The notes under the pieces are model-generated. The model was not told the origin of the DNA. It saw only the letters and a list, made by a program, of their open reading frames with translations, and did no database searches. A DNA stretch of 64,000 bases from Prorocentrum cordatum. Taxonomy: Eukaryota. The stretch spans positions 434,001 to 498,000 of the forward strand of contig CAUYUJ010000148.1 of the NCBI GenBank assembly GCA_963575745.1. The letters are read 5' to 3'. The first letter of the stretch is position 1, and each line of letters opens with the position of its first letter. Made by a program: the position numbers and the translations under genes. Below are positions 39,170 through 51,731 of the stretch, piece after piece.

Positions 39170-41160
39170 CTCCTCGAGCCCAATTGCGCTGAGGAGGCGC
39201 ACGATCTTGCAACAAGAGAGATGCGCGGGGAAGGCAGCACGCCTGCGAGGTCGCATTCTCAGCGTGGACGCCCTCCCCTTATGGTACGTCCACCGCTTGA
39301 GTGCTGCTCCCCCGTGCCCGCTCTGTGATTATCGTGACGGGAAAACGCGAAGCGGCCATTGGGAAATCGTGTAATTACCAACGCGCCCACATGCTCGGTG
39401 CACAATTCACATCACAGCGAACGACACACGGACGCACGTGTATCAGCACCTGAGCCGAGCTCATGCGCCGCACCACCCTGTCATTCGCGTGCCCGTATAC
39501 ACGTGGCGGGTTCCAGAAACTCTGAACTGAAACACTCGCCTTATCGTGGGAGGACGATTCCGGTCTCCGCGCCAGATTCTTGCGGCTTTCCGCCAGCGGA
39601 GCCACCCTCGTTTTGTTGCCGTCAGATTCCGACGGTACTCCGTCTGCTTCCGCCGAGGAAGGGATATCAACTCCTTCGACCTTCAAAGGCGAAGAACGTG
39701 CTGGAACGCCTCACGTGCACGCGCGAACGATGGTGCACGCGTGTCGCATACGCGCGCGTGACGCCCGCTCATGGACGCATGAGTGCCTGAGTATGTTGGA
39801 TGGGGGCAACATTCTCTCTTGCTATAGCGAACTTGGCAACAGGAGGGCGAGTGCGAGTGGGACCGGGATTGGGAGCGGGTGCGGGTGGAGGAAGCGCGCG
39901 AATGGGGGTGGGGGGGGGGTTAGAATGGACCAAGGGTCCACATGGTTTAGGGGCCAAGAGCATGAGCCGAGAGGGAGAAGGGCTGCGAGCCCGATCGTGA
40001 GCACGACCAGGAAAAGAGAGAGAAAAGCGAACAACAAAAGCGAAATCGCAAGGTGGGAGCGTGGCTGCAAAAACGGAAAAGGCGAAGCCAACGAAGAGGA
40101 GGAGGACAACGCCGACGAGGATGAGGAAGAGGAAGGGATGTATGAGTGTTGGCGAAACGGGGGGGGGAGAAAAGCACGATGAGGGAAACAGGAGGGCCAA
40201 GCACGGAAGGAGGGGACGCCGCAATACAAGATACGCGGGAAATGATCCTGGCCCTCCCTGTCTTTGTTTCCTCCATTCACCTCCATCATTCGCCACGGCC
40301 ACATCGGCAGGTGATTTTGATTCAAAGGAAGAAAGGGCACCTGTGACAATTTTCGGATTTGGATTACTTGCGCCACCTACACTTCACTGCACACTGTGCC
40401 TTGAGAATTCTGGGCGCGCCCAAAGGACGACCCGGGCATTCGTCGCGCCTGTCGTGCGCGCGCAGCTGCCAGCGGTGGCGCGAGCAGGACGTTCCTTCGC
40501 CTCGCCCGCGGGGTGGCGCGCGAAATTGTCCTAAGCCCGCGGGGATGGCAACTGCGCGACACTTGATGGCACAATGTGGTGTCGGTGGAGAAACGAACAG
40601 AAAAAAGCTGCCAGGCGATGGCCGGGGGTTGTTTCTGCGTCGAAAGTGAGTGACGGCACGCCGTGGGAAGTCGTCAGATCACAGCGCGGGCGCCGTAAGA
40701 AAGGCGGGTTGTTGTTGAGCGCGCGGTGGAAAAATCAACGCGGTTGCCTTCGCAGCGCGGCAAATGTCGTCATCGCCCGAAGAACACATGTTTTCCGGCA
40801 CTGCCTCTAGAAGGGCCGCTATCAATCATGAGGCGACCCGCGGCCGCCGGCAGGCAGGGGGAGGGGAGGGAACGAAAAATGGAGAGAGGGAAGGCGGAGA
40901 CTGAAGACTGGAGACTCCGCCTATGTCGTCCCAGGGGGACGGCCCCACGCGGGGCCAAGCGGTGGCGCCGGGGCGCTGGCGGCACTCGAACGCCGCATAT
41001 CAGATCCTGATCCATTCACTCCATCTTTTGTGGTCGTGTCACTGTTGGTCGTCTTGCGCGGGACACGCACGAATCTTCCACATTTGTCCGTAGTTCTAAA
41101 ATCTGAAACAGCTGATGCATCACCCTCTGCGCACATCGCACGAAGAAGCGCTGCTACGTC
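39170..41160 (-). pseudogene. Possible highly decayed C5 cytosine methyltransferase (DNMT5-like)
   Basis: Colinear motif ghosts in shifting frames: GNRVDFS..LNN (~40715-40750, cf. motif IV G.SC.DFS.LN), TPRARRRNVLL (~40480-40515, cf. PQ.R.R), DLAG/AF (~39230-39253, cf. DLAGNAF). Confidence 0.25.
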
Positions 41161-43559
41161 GCCCCACCGTTTGCACGGTCGGTGTGGCATGTGCTTCGGT
41201 AATCCATCGATCCCACGCGGAAGTCTTGTCGGTTCCTTCTTCTGGGCCGCCGTGCGCCGCTGCAGCCGTGGACCTCGACGCTCGCCGTTTCTGTCGCGCG
41301 CGCGCCAGTCGTCGCACCCGAGCTCGGCGCACTATTTGAATATCTGAATCCACGCGCGACGCGATTCCAATGCATCTTGAGGCCCAGGCCTCGATGACAA
41401 CGTGGTGCCGTTTTTCGGGCCGGGCGAAAGGGGGGGATAGCAAAGGAGGGGTTTGAGAATCAGCTCGCGTAGCTGATTCTCCCAGCGCCTCCCGACGCCG
41501 GGAGGCGCCCAGGTATCGAGGAATGGGCCCGGCGGCAGGGCCGAAACCAGCTGCATGCAGCAGATTTCGTAACCCCCCCTTTCCCTATCCCCCCCTTTCG
41601 TTCGGCCCGAGTTTTCAGCAGAGTGGGCGTCGTCGTTGATGCCGTTGCTGCCACTGGTCGCGCCGCTGCGGTCTCAACCAAAAATCGGCCCCGGAGCCGC
41701 GCTGGCGCAATCAGCCTTGCGCTCTACAACATGATCTCCGCAATCGCACGGGGCCCCACGTCGTGGAAATCCAGAGGTCAGCCTGGGCACGCGGCGCCGA
41801 ATGGATCGCGCGCGCGACTCCGACGGAACGGCCTGCTTCCAAGAGCCGGCGCCGTCAAGTAGCGCTAAAGAAATGGTGCCGCGCAATAGCCGCGCGCGAT
41901 TTTTCCGCGACTGCAAAAAGCAGCAAACTCGTGTTTAAAGAGGCCAAACCATGTTCAGGCAGCTTCGATTCGGGGCCCAACCTCCGTCGAAGCAGGATTG
42001 TAAAAAGTAGCGTTGCGCACCAGATACGCGCGCACGCAGGCGAATGGTAGGCGCTCGATGCCCCCCGGCGAAAACTGCGCGCTCAGGGCGGCCGCGCCGC
42101 CGATGATCACATTGCGCAGGATTTTGACATACCCAGACGGGTTTCCAAGCGAGTTAGCTGCGCGGCATCCATCGCATCATGGGCCGTGGCCTTTACTTGC
42201 CCTGGGTGGCAAATTCTGAGGGCCTCGCCTCGGGCATTGCAGTCTGCGCCCAAGTGCCCAGCGGTCAGCGCCACCGCGGCCGCGTCGGTCGCGCCAGACT
42301 AGCTGGCCGCTGCGCGTGCGTGTCTTGGGTGGCTCGTCCGAAGAGGCGCACCAGCCAACGCCAACCATGCATCGCAATCGCCACCTTGTGGGTTTTGCAA
42401 ACCAAGTTGCGTGTGGGTGGGTCTGATGATTACAAGAGCATGGGATGTGTAAGTTCGTTTGTGAAAATTCGCCGGCCCAACGGGCCAGGGCGTGCTAAGA
42501 TCTCCGGTAACTGGTTAACAGTATTAACAGTATTTCTAGTTCGCGCGCGCGGGGCGGCCCCTGGGGGTCCCCTGGCGAAAAGTACCCCGACCAACGCCCG
42601 ACCGCCGCCCGACCGCCGCCCGACCAAGTCTACTCAGAGATGGTTTTCCTTCTGGGTGCGGCCTCTCAGGCTCCCCAGAGCGCGCTCAGAGTGCCCCAAG
42701 AGGCCCCCAAGACTGCCCAAGAGGCCCCCGAGACGCCCAAAGAGCGCTCGAAGACGCCGAAGATGACCCCAAGACGGCCCAAAAGGCCCCCAAGACAGCC
42801 CAAGAGGCCTCCAAGACGCCCCAAGAGCCTTCCAAGAGGCCTCCGAAGAGAGCCCCAAGAGGCCAAAATCGTTGATTTTCATTGTTTTTTCGATGTTTTT
42901 TGTGTTCTGGCTTTTTCGGCTTCCGGACGCTCCAAGACGGCCCAAGAGGCCCCCAAGACCGCTCCAAGACGGCCCACGAAGCTCCCAAGACGGCGCCGAA
43001 ACGACCCAAGAGAGCCCTCAAGACGGCCCAAGTGCCGCCCAAGACGGACCAAGAGGCCCCAAGACGGGCCCAAGAGGGACTCAGGAGGGATACCGAGAAC
43101 TCAAAAATGGAGCCCTCCGTCCCAGAAGGCGCCCAGGAGGTCCCAAAGAGGCCCCAAGAGGCCTCCAAGAGGCCCCAAGATGTCGCCAAGAGGCCCCAGG
43201 AGACTCCCAGGAGGCCCAAAAGAAGCCCCAGAAGGCTTCAAACATGTCTCCCAGGCGCCCCCGAACGGCCTCTCAACAGACCCCAAGAGGCCCCCCAAAG
43301 AAGCATCTTGACGACGACTCTATTTCGCCCCATCGAGAGACGACCCCCAGGGAACTGCTTCACCATCAAAACTCCCCACGCAACGCGTCCGAACGACACC
43401 CGCCCCCAAGAGCGCAACATGGGCAACGAACACACAGACAAAAACCAGCGATGCCATATCACGGGCCGGCGGAATGAGCGAAGCGATTCAATAATACTGC
43501 ACCACCTTCGTGGCTCCACGTAGATTGCACCACACCGATTGCCAGAATCGCTCGGTTGA

Positions 43560-44916
43560 GAGCCCACTGTGGCGAGCATATGGTTGTTCGAGACTCCCGC
43601 TCGAGACCTCCTCGAAATTCGGGCACCACGGGCCCAAACGTGACGACAGTTGGACAATTTGGATGACCCGCTCGGATTCGGACATGAAAGTGGGGTCCCC
43701 ATGGGGAGATGGTTTCCGCTCGAGACCTCCTTGCGATTCAGTCAACAACGAAGTCACCGCTCGAGACTCCCTCAATGTTCAAGCATCAGGAACCCCACAA
43801 CAACGAAGGTTGTTCGAGTTTTAGATGACCCGCCCAGATCCTCACATGAAGGCGGGCACTCCATGGGTGCCAAAAGGAGGGGGCACCCGCTCGACTTCCT
43901 CGCGGCTTCATCACTGACGGGGCTCCCGGCCGAAGCTTCCCCCAGATTCAGGCCTGAGGAGCCCAGACGCGAGGACAATTGCAGGGTTTGGATGACCCGT
44001 TCGGATTCGCACATGGAGGTGGGTACCCCAAAGGTCGAACAAGGGGCTCCCGCTCGAGATTTCCTCGCGATTCACTCACAGACGAAGCTACCGCCCGATA
44101 CGTTTGAGGATAGCCAGTCTGCACAATGAGGATGAACATGATAACGATGCTGATGATGAGGAAGATGGTCATGGCGATGATGGGGCGGAACAAAGGAGGA
44201 GGAGGAGGAGGAGGAGGAGGAGGAGGAGGAGGAGGAGGGGGATGAGGGGTGGGTGCCTCCGCGGAGCATCCCGACAACACAAGAATCCAACTCATGATTT
44301 GGGGAAAACCTAAACTTTCGGAGGTCGGCGCGGGTTTCTTTGAATATGCGCGCCAAAAGCCATACGCCGATCCAAAAAATCCGCGCAGATCTCCGAACAT
44401 CGCTTGTCATGCCAACTATTTTTCCCAAAAATCCAAAGTAGGGTTCTTGTTGTCTCTGCACACGCCGCGCAGGATCTCACCCCCCCCTTTCCTCTCTCCC
44501 TCTCTCTCTCTCCCTCTCTCTCCTTCTCGCACACTCACCATCATCACCATTAGCATCACCATCAATCACCATCATCGTCATCACACGCACACACTCATCA
44601 TCATCATTACCATCATCATCACCATCAACCATCATCACCGCCATCACTACTCATCATCACAATCCTTCACCACTACTCATCATCATATTCCTCATCATCA
44701 GCATCGTCAGCATCATCACCACTCGATCACCCACTCACTCACTCAATTACTCACTCATCCTCAGAAGGCTTCGGAAGCAGTGGTCCTCCGACGGTAGGAC
44801 CGCCGCCACTCTCAACATCATCGTCACCATCTCCATCATAATCTCTCTACCACCCACTCATTGGCCATCATGATCATCATCAGCATCATCATCACTCATT
44901 CATCACACACACACAC

Positions 44917-44953
<37 letters not shown>

Positions 44954-46330
44954 CGTCATCGTCATCATCATCATCATCATCATCATCATCAGCATCAGCA
45001 TCAGCATCAGCATCAGCATCATCATCATCATCATTCACTCACTCATCACTTCGTCATCACTCACTCCCTGGCTTGAATATGGAGGTAGTATCAGGCGGGA
45101 GCCTCGTCTGTGAGTGAATTGTGAGGAAGTCTCAGGCGGGAGCCCCTCCCTATGGGGCCCGCACCTCACGTGTTTAATCCCAGGCGGGTCATCCGAAACG
45201 TGCAACTGTCGTCATTTATGGGCCCCTGTGGCGTGAATCTGATGGAAATCCGCCGATCCAGCGTGTGAGTTCCAAGGAGTCTCAGCTACAGTCTCGAGGC
45301 TGAGCCTCAGCCTCTGGGGGGGTTGCCGGGGTGGCTCTGCCGGGGAAGGGGGGATGGGGGGGGGGGGGGGTGCGAGTTTCCGGCGGATGCGGGGTGTTTG
45401 GCGATTTTACAAAGGGGCCCTCTGTAGATGCGCTCAAGTCGTTGATTTCAACTGGTTTTTCCAATGTTTTTGGGGTTGTCGTTTTTGTTCTGCTTCCCGA
45501 CGCTCCAAGACGGCCCCCAAGACCGTTCGAAGACGGCCCAGGAGGCCCCCAGACAGTCCCAAGACGGCCCAAGAGGGCCCCAAGGCGGCCCAAGAGCCGC
45601 CCAAGACGGCCCAAGAGGCCCCCAAGACGGCCCCAAGAGGACCCAAAAGAGGGACGAAAAGCGGAACAAATCTAGCCTTCCAGCCCACGAGGCCCCCAGG
45701 AGGCCCCAAGAGCCCCCAAGAGGGCCCCCTAAAGACCCCAAGAAGCCTCCACGACGCCCTGACAGGCTCCTGTGCGAGTGTCTGAATGTGGTGCGTGTCT
45801 GCGAATGTCTGTGCGTGCTAGTGTCTCGCGTGCGCCTAGTGTGTCTCTGTATGCGTGTTTGCCGTATGTGCATTTGGTGGCGTGCATGTGTATCCGAGCG
45901 ACCCGGATCGGCGGCACTGGCCGAAATCCACTACAATATGAAGCGGGAGCCTCGTCTGTGAATCAATTGCGACGAAGTCTCAGGCGGGAAGCCTCTCCCT
46001 ATGGGGCCCGCACCTCACGTGTTTAATCCCAGGCGGGTCATCCGAAACGTGCAACTGTCGTCATTTATGGGCCCCTGTGGCGTGAACGTGATGGAAATAT
46101 GAAGCGGGAGCCTCGTCTGTGAGTGAATTGCGACGAAGTCTCAGGCGGTTAGCCTCTCCCTATGGGGCCCGCTCCTCATGTTTTTAATCCGAGGCGGGTC
46201 ATCCGAAACGTGTAACCGTCGTCACTGTTGGCCTCCGGAGGGCTTGAATAACGAGGATGTATCAGGCGGGAGCCTCGTCTGTGAGTGACTCGCGAGGAAG
46301 TCACAGGCGGGAACCCGCCGGTCTGTCCCC
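43560..46330. repeat. ~165-bp satellite family: diverged copies at 43560-44110 are inverted relative to conserved copies at 45080-45250 and 45935-46330
   Basis: gcgggagcctcgtctgtgagtgaattgcga.gaagtctcaggcggg...ggcgggtcatccgaaacgtg; reverse complement ggatgacccg...cccgctcgaga at 43660, 43823, 43990. Confidence 0.8.
44535..45065. repeat. (CAT)n-derived microsatellite
   Basis: Direct inspection. Confidence 0.95.
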
Positions 46331-46451
46331 GCGGGAGTCCCCGCGCCCAGCAAGCTCGAAGCATGCGAGCTGGAGCTGAAACGCAGGAGGAGGAAGAGGA
46401 GGAGGAGGAGGAGGAGGACGAGGAACAGGAATTGAGGAGGACGACGGCGGC

Positions 46452-46730
46452 CGGGCGCAGGGGGAAACACTTGCGTCCGGGCCGGGGGTGGTAACCCATC
46501 CTCGGCCGAAGCGGCGGCCCGGCGCAGGGGGGAACCCTTGCGTCCGGACCGGGGGTGGTAAGCCATCCTCGGCCAAATCGGGGGCAGGGGTAACCCCTTG
46601 TCTCCAGGACGCCGGTGGTAACCCATCGGCAGCCGAATCGGGCGCAGGGGTAGCCCCTTGCGTCCGGGCCGGGGGTGGTGACCCATCCTCGGCCGAATCG
46701 GGGGCAGGGGTAACCCCTTGTCTCCGGGCT
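46452..46730. repeat. 60-bp tandem repeat, ~4.5 copies
   Basis: ggcgcaggggtaaccccttgcgtccgggccgggggtggtaacccatcctcggccgaatcg. Confidence 0.9.
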
Positions 46731-46734
46731 GGCT

Positions 46735-47170
46735 GGCTGGACGACGGGTCGTACAACTACGCGGAGCCGCCGACGGAGGAGATCCAGCACGCCATCAGGG
46801 TCTTCTCTCAGATCCCCTGCGTCGTCGAGCTGAAGGGCACAAAGCGCCTCGAACCGGGGGACCCTTTGATCGCGTTCTCGGGCTGCACGCGCGAAGGCAA
46901 GCGCTTCCCACCAGAGGTCTGGTCTGGCTGGGAGAAGACGTTGGCCTCTGACAACCGCGGCGTCCTGGACCCGCGGCACCAGCACGAGAATTTCCGGCTC
47001 GGCTACGGCATGGGCATCTACTGGGAGACGCTGGCGAGGTGGATCAACACGCGCGCTCGTCGCGACGCGCGGCGCCTCGGCGTCCCCCTCGTTTTCCTGC
47101 AGGCCGTAGACGAGTGCGGCACGATTCAAGGCGACCCAGACGCAGGCTGGCGCCTCCTGAACGTCCCGAC
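46735..47170 (+). pseudogene. PIF1-family (Helitron-type) helicase internal fragment
   Basis: VVELKGTKRLEPGDPLIAFSGCTREG resembles the PIF1 L....R..D..F...L..R.G segment; RARRDARRLGVPLVFLQAVD...LLNVP; bounded by satellites; no Walker A in window. Confidence 0.55.
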
Positions 47171-47555
47171 TGGCTTGATTCAGGGCGGGGCTTTCGGACT
47201 CAACCGACTCACCCTGTTTTTGCATCATCGTCATCATCATCGTCATCATCGTCGTCATGACATTCATCATCGTCCGCGTCATCACCATCATCATCACCAT
47301 CTCCTCATCATCGTCATCATCATGATATCCATCCTCATCTCCTCGTCATCGTCATCATCGTGTAGTGATGATGATGATTAAATCAAGACCCGCATGACGA
47401 TGATGGCGGCGTGAACATGTTGATGCTGACGACGATGATGATGACGATGATGATGAAGCCGATGATTGCGATGATGATGGCGATGAAAATGATGATGCTG
47501 ATGACGATGAGGACGACGATAACCTTCTTTCGGACTGCGCGGGCCGTGCTGAGTA

Positions 47556-50500
47556 CTAATCGGAAAGCCCCACAGCCTCCGTGGAAGCGGGCCACCGCAT
47601 TTCGTCAAGCACCTCCGTGAGGTCGGGCAGCGCCACGGGGGCCCGTGCCAGGTGATCGGCGACGACGTGGTTCACGACGTTGAAGAACTCCTTCGGGCCA
47701 GGCGCGGCGTCGATCCTGCGCGCCCTGAACTCCCGAAAGACGTCGGAGCGGATCATGACGGCGATCTGCAGCCTGCTGTCGCCCACGCGCCGTTGCAGCT
47801 CGCGGTGGGTCGCGAAACAGCCCCGGCAGTCCGCGGAGGCGTGGCGGTGCACGTTGTGCTCGAGGGAAGACAGGGTGCCCATGTAGATGGACCCGAGCTT
47901 TTGCTCGAGGGCGACGACCCTTCCGCAGGAGGCTGTGCTCGAGGGTGGCGCCCCATCATGTGCTCCCAGGACCCCTGGGATCCTCGCGTGCACGGAGCGC
48001 GCCCCGAAAATCGTCACGGCCGCGCGCAACAGGGAGCATCCGCCATCTGTGTGCCAACCATCGTCCCGCGCGCCTGGTTGCACGAGCTGGATCGATGCGT
48101 GCGCGAACGCGTTGTCGGCGAAGTGCTCTGTCATGATGGGCTTTCCGTTCTGCTCGACGATGGCAGGCGGCGCGCCGTCGGCTTTGACAGCCTCGCGCAT
48201 TTTGTCTCCCAGCTGTTGCAGCCACGGGCGCATCTTCTTCCGCAGCGCTCGCGCGAAGGCGGCCGTGTGGGGCGAGGGGGTGATCTGCAAATTCTCGCCC
48301 TTGTTGAGGCTGCGGCACTCCGGGGGGCTTTCGTCGTCCACGATGCCTGCGACCTCTGTTTTCAAGCCCTTTGCCGCCTCGTCGCCTCGGGCGCATTTGG
48401 CGACGGTTGCCCCCGTGTCCAGGCGCTCCTCGGCCAAGTTCTGCCAGCACGGGTCTCTCTGCAAGAAGCGGGGCAAGTCTGGGTCCAGCTCCGCCTCCGC
48501 TATCGTGCCCGTGCCGTTTTTTCCCTGCGCCATGGAGATGCGCACGACGAGCTGGGCGCCAGCCGGCTGCAGGAAGCGACGAGCCCTTAGACGACTGATT
48601 GTCGCTCTGGCGCCAGGGTGCCAAAGCAGGCAGCTCTCGGCGGCCTTCAACAAGTCTGGGGGGGCAGTCTGCAAGTTCGTCAACGGGCCAGCGTCCTCGG
48701 CCGTCGAGTGCCTTCGCTGTTTCAGCCTTTAGCCAATCCTCGCCCGACCGCTTGAACCACTTCTCAAAGAAAGGCAGGTTGTCCAGCCACGGGGCGGGTT
48801 CCTGGTCCTCGTAATTGTAGAAGTCTCCCGACCCTGGCTCCTTGCCTGGGATCCCCAAGACCTCCCTGCAGAAAACCACGAAGTCTTTCGGGTGCCCCCC
48901 TGGATGCCCGAGCGCGCCGCAAGGCTCTGGTTGGAACAACACCTTGCGCGTGTACAACTCCGCCATCAGGCACCCGATGGACCACGTGTCCAGGTCCTCT
49001 GAGTAGCGCTGGTTCCCCAAGAAAACGTCTACCGCTCTGTAAGCGGGCGTGCGTACTCCGAGGTCATCGCAGGTCGGGCTGTAGCGCAGTTTCTTCTTCA
49101 ACCTGCCGTGGGGATCCGCCATCTCCACACAGCCGAGGTCGGCGAGCACCACCTGCGGAGAGGGGCGGATGGAGGAGAGGGGAGCGACGGCGACTGAGCT
49201 CCCCCTGGAGGGAAGGGCGGGATAGAGGGCACGACGACGGCATCTCGGGGGAAGGGTGGAACCTCCCTTGTTAGAACTCGGTGTGAGACCTAACATGAAG
49301 GCTAGTGAGATAAGCTGAGCTCTGACCTCGTCTATGAGGGCGTCGTCGGAGCTCTAACATGCTATGTTAGAGCTTCCATGGGAGCTCTAACACGCTTTGT
49401 TAGAGCTCCATCGGAGCTCTCACATGCTATGTTAGAGCTCCCTGGGGAGATCTGACATGCTAGGTTAGAGCTCCCAGGGAGCTCTAACATGGCATGCTAG
49501 AGCTGCCTGGGAGCTCTAACATAGCATGTTAGAGCTCCCTGGGAGCTCTAACATGGTATCACGTGCCATGTTAGAGCTCCCAGGGAGCTCTAACATACTA
49601 TGTTAGAGCTCCATGTGAGCCCTGACAACTCGGGATCTTAGTCGAAGGAACGACGATGATGACGAGGATGACGACGACGACGACGAGGATGACGAGGATG
49701 ACGATGATGACGAGGACGACGAGGACGAGGACGAGGAAGACGACGACGAGGACGACGAGGATGACGAGGATGACGAGGACGACGAGGACGACGGCGACGA
49801 GGACGAGGAGGACGACGACGAGGACGACGAGGACGACGAGGACGGCGAGGACGACGAGGACGACGAGGACGAGGAGGACGACAAGGAGGAGGACGACGAC
49901 GACGACGGCGACAACGACGGCGACGACGACGTCGACGACGAGCGCCTCGAAGGAACTCGGGATCTGCCAGTCGAACTGCAGCTTGCTCTTCGGGCACGGC
50001 GCGACGGGATCCCATTCGCCAAGCTCACAGCAGCCGCGCGTCTGCGGCGATCCTCGCATCAGGATGTTTGCGGGCTTGGTGTCGCAGTGAATGAGGCCCC
50101 TGTCGCGCATGGACTGGAGCCCTTCGAGAACGCTGTTCAGGACGTGGCGCGCCCCTGTGTGCGTGCAGGAGGACTTCTTGGGGAATTGGCGGGCATCGAT
50201 CTCGAACAACTCGTGCACGAGGCCGATGTGCTCCGTCCATTTCCAATCTATCCTTGGTACTGACTGTTGCAGTTCTCGGTGCGCTTTCTTCGGGACTGTT
50301 GCAGCTCCTGGGCGCAACCTCCTGAAAAGGCCCACGTCGAGTAAGCGAACGAGACGCGGGCGCGTGCCCACAGCGCCGTGGCGCGTGACCTCATCCAGAG
50401 CCCCTCCGACGGCATCCGCATTGAACCCCTTCTGCGCATCGCTGGGGTCGCCTCGCAGCATCCCGATCGCAAGGCCAGTCTTGTCGCCCCGTCGCGTGCC

Positions 50501-51163
50501 CAAGTAGACCTTGCCGAAAGAGCCCTGACCGAGCTCCCCTCCTCCCCGCTGCACGTCGTACTCGAGCGGCAGGTCCTCGCACTTGTCATTCTGTTTGTTC
50601 TGGTGCGCGTGCCCGACCGCGTCGAGCTTCAGTGCAAGTAGATTCACGCGACCCTCGTCGTGGGACACCGCTCTCGGACCAGCAGACCCGCGACGAGCAG
50701 CTGCCGGCGGCGTAGGCTCCGATGCCCCGTCCGCGGCGGGAGCGAGCACCTTCCCCAGCGCGTCCTCTAGGGTTTCTCCTGCGACACCGTGGCCCTCGGC
50801 GACAGCTGGCTCATCTTCTGCAGCGTCAGCTGTTCCAGCCCATTTCGCGCACCCTGGCACCCCCGCAGGCTTGCTCACATAGTCTTTCCAGTTGGCGCCC
50901 AGCGCAATCTTGAGGAGCCGCGCGCCGGTGTCATGCGGAACTGGCTTTGGCCACGTCAACACACATTTGTTCTTCGTTAACTTCTCCAGCGTCACGTTTT
51001 CGGTCGGGGCCCCCTTTGCCACCCTGGCCATGCTATTGCTGCAGGTATCCCTCAGCTTCTTGTTGATCTTGTCGCTGTTCGACCCGTCACCCTGCAAGTA
51101 ACAGCCCCACTTATAGAAGAGAACCTTGTTCCTGTTGCGACCGCTGCCGCCCGAGGCAGCCAT
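47556..51163 (-). pseudogene. Ser/Thr protein kinase (CMGC-like) fused to C-terminal AlkB-like 2OG-Fe(II) dioxygenase; two exons (51163-49946, 49152-47556); one +1 frameshift in a C7 run at ~48658-48664
   Basis: Kinase: ELGQGSFGKVY, AI(G)ML with catalytic Lys lost, HCDTKPANIL, LADLG, TPAYRAVDVFLG, DTWSIGCLMAEL, CLLWHPGAR. Dioxygenase: GWHTDG (HxD), AVTIFGARSV, GSIYMG..LEHNV, QIAVMIR. Confidence 0.8.
49153..49945 (-). other. GC-AG spliceosomal intron (793 bp, phase 0) containing (GAC)n and the palindromic satellite
   Basis: TTCGAG|GCGCTC...ccctctccgcag|GTGGTG; removal joins IPSSFE to VVLADLG in frame and restores kinase subdomain spacing. Confidence 0.85.
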
Positions 51164-51731
51164 CGCCGCGGAGGCCCGCTAACGGCAGTGTCGTCCTTGC
51201 GGGCCCGCTAAGTTGCAAGGAACCGAGACGCCTGCGGGCCCCTGCTCCGTCCTCCTCCCCCCCCTGCGGCCGCTCTTCGGAGCGTTGCTTCCCGTGTCTC
51301 CCCTACCCTGCTGCACCCCCATCCTGGCCCGCCCCTACAGAGCGCCGCAAGGATGCAAGGGCCTTGGCGGCACGGCATCTGTTGTTTATCCAGCCCCCCA
51401 GCGTCGGAACGGAAAACGTAGGATGCAAGGGTACCCTTTGGAAAAGTAAACATCCTGACTCTGCGCCTTGCCTGCGCCGTGGGCCGAGTGCGACGGATGG
51501 CGACGAAGGGATGACGGAGGACTGTGTTCCTATCTGTACGCAAGGTGCCGTGCACTGCACAGGCCAGAATGTGGCGCGAGCCCCATTACGAGAACGGAGA
51601 TGACGCCGCCAGCGCGCGACTGTTGCAGTCCAAAAACAAACAAGTGGCAGCTCCACGGGAACAAAAGCGCGCGGGCTGGCTCCTGCGTCGGAGCTGTCGA
51701 ATTATGTTGCAGCCTGTGCTCAAGCCTGCGC

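Noticed and set aside
49598..49945. Val/Leu-rich transmembrane tail of the kinase ORF
   Set aside because: It is the (GAC)n tract inside the GC-AG intron
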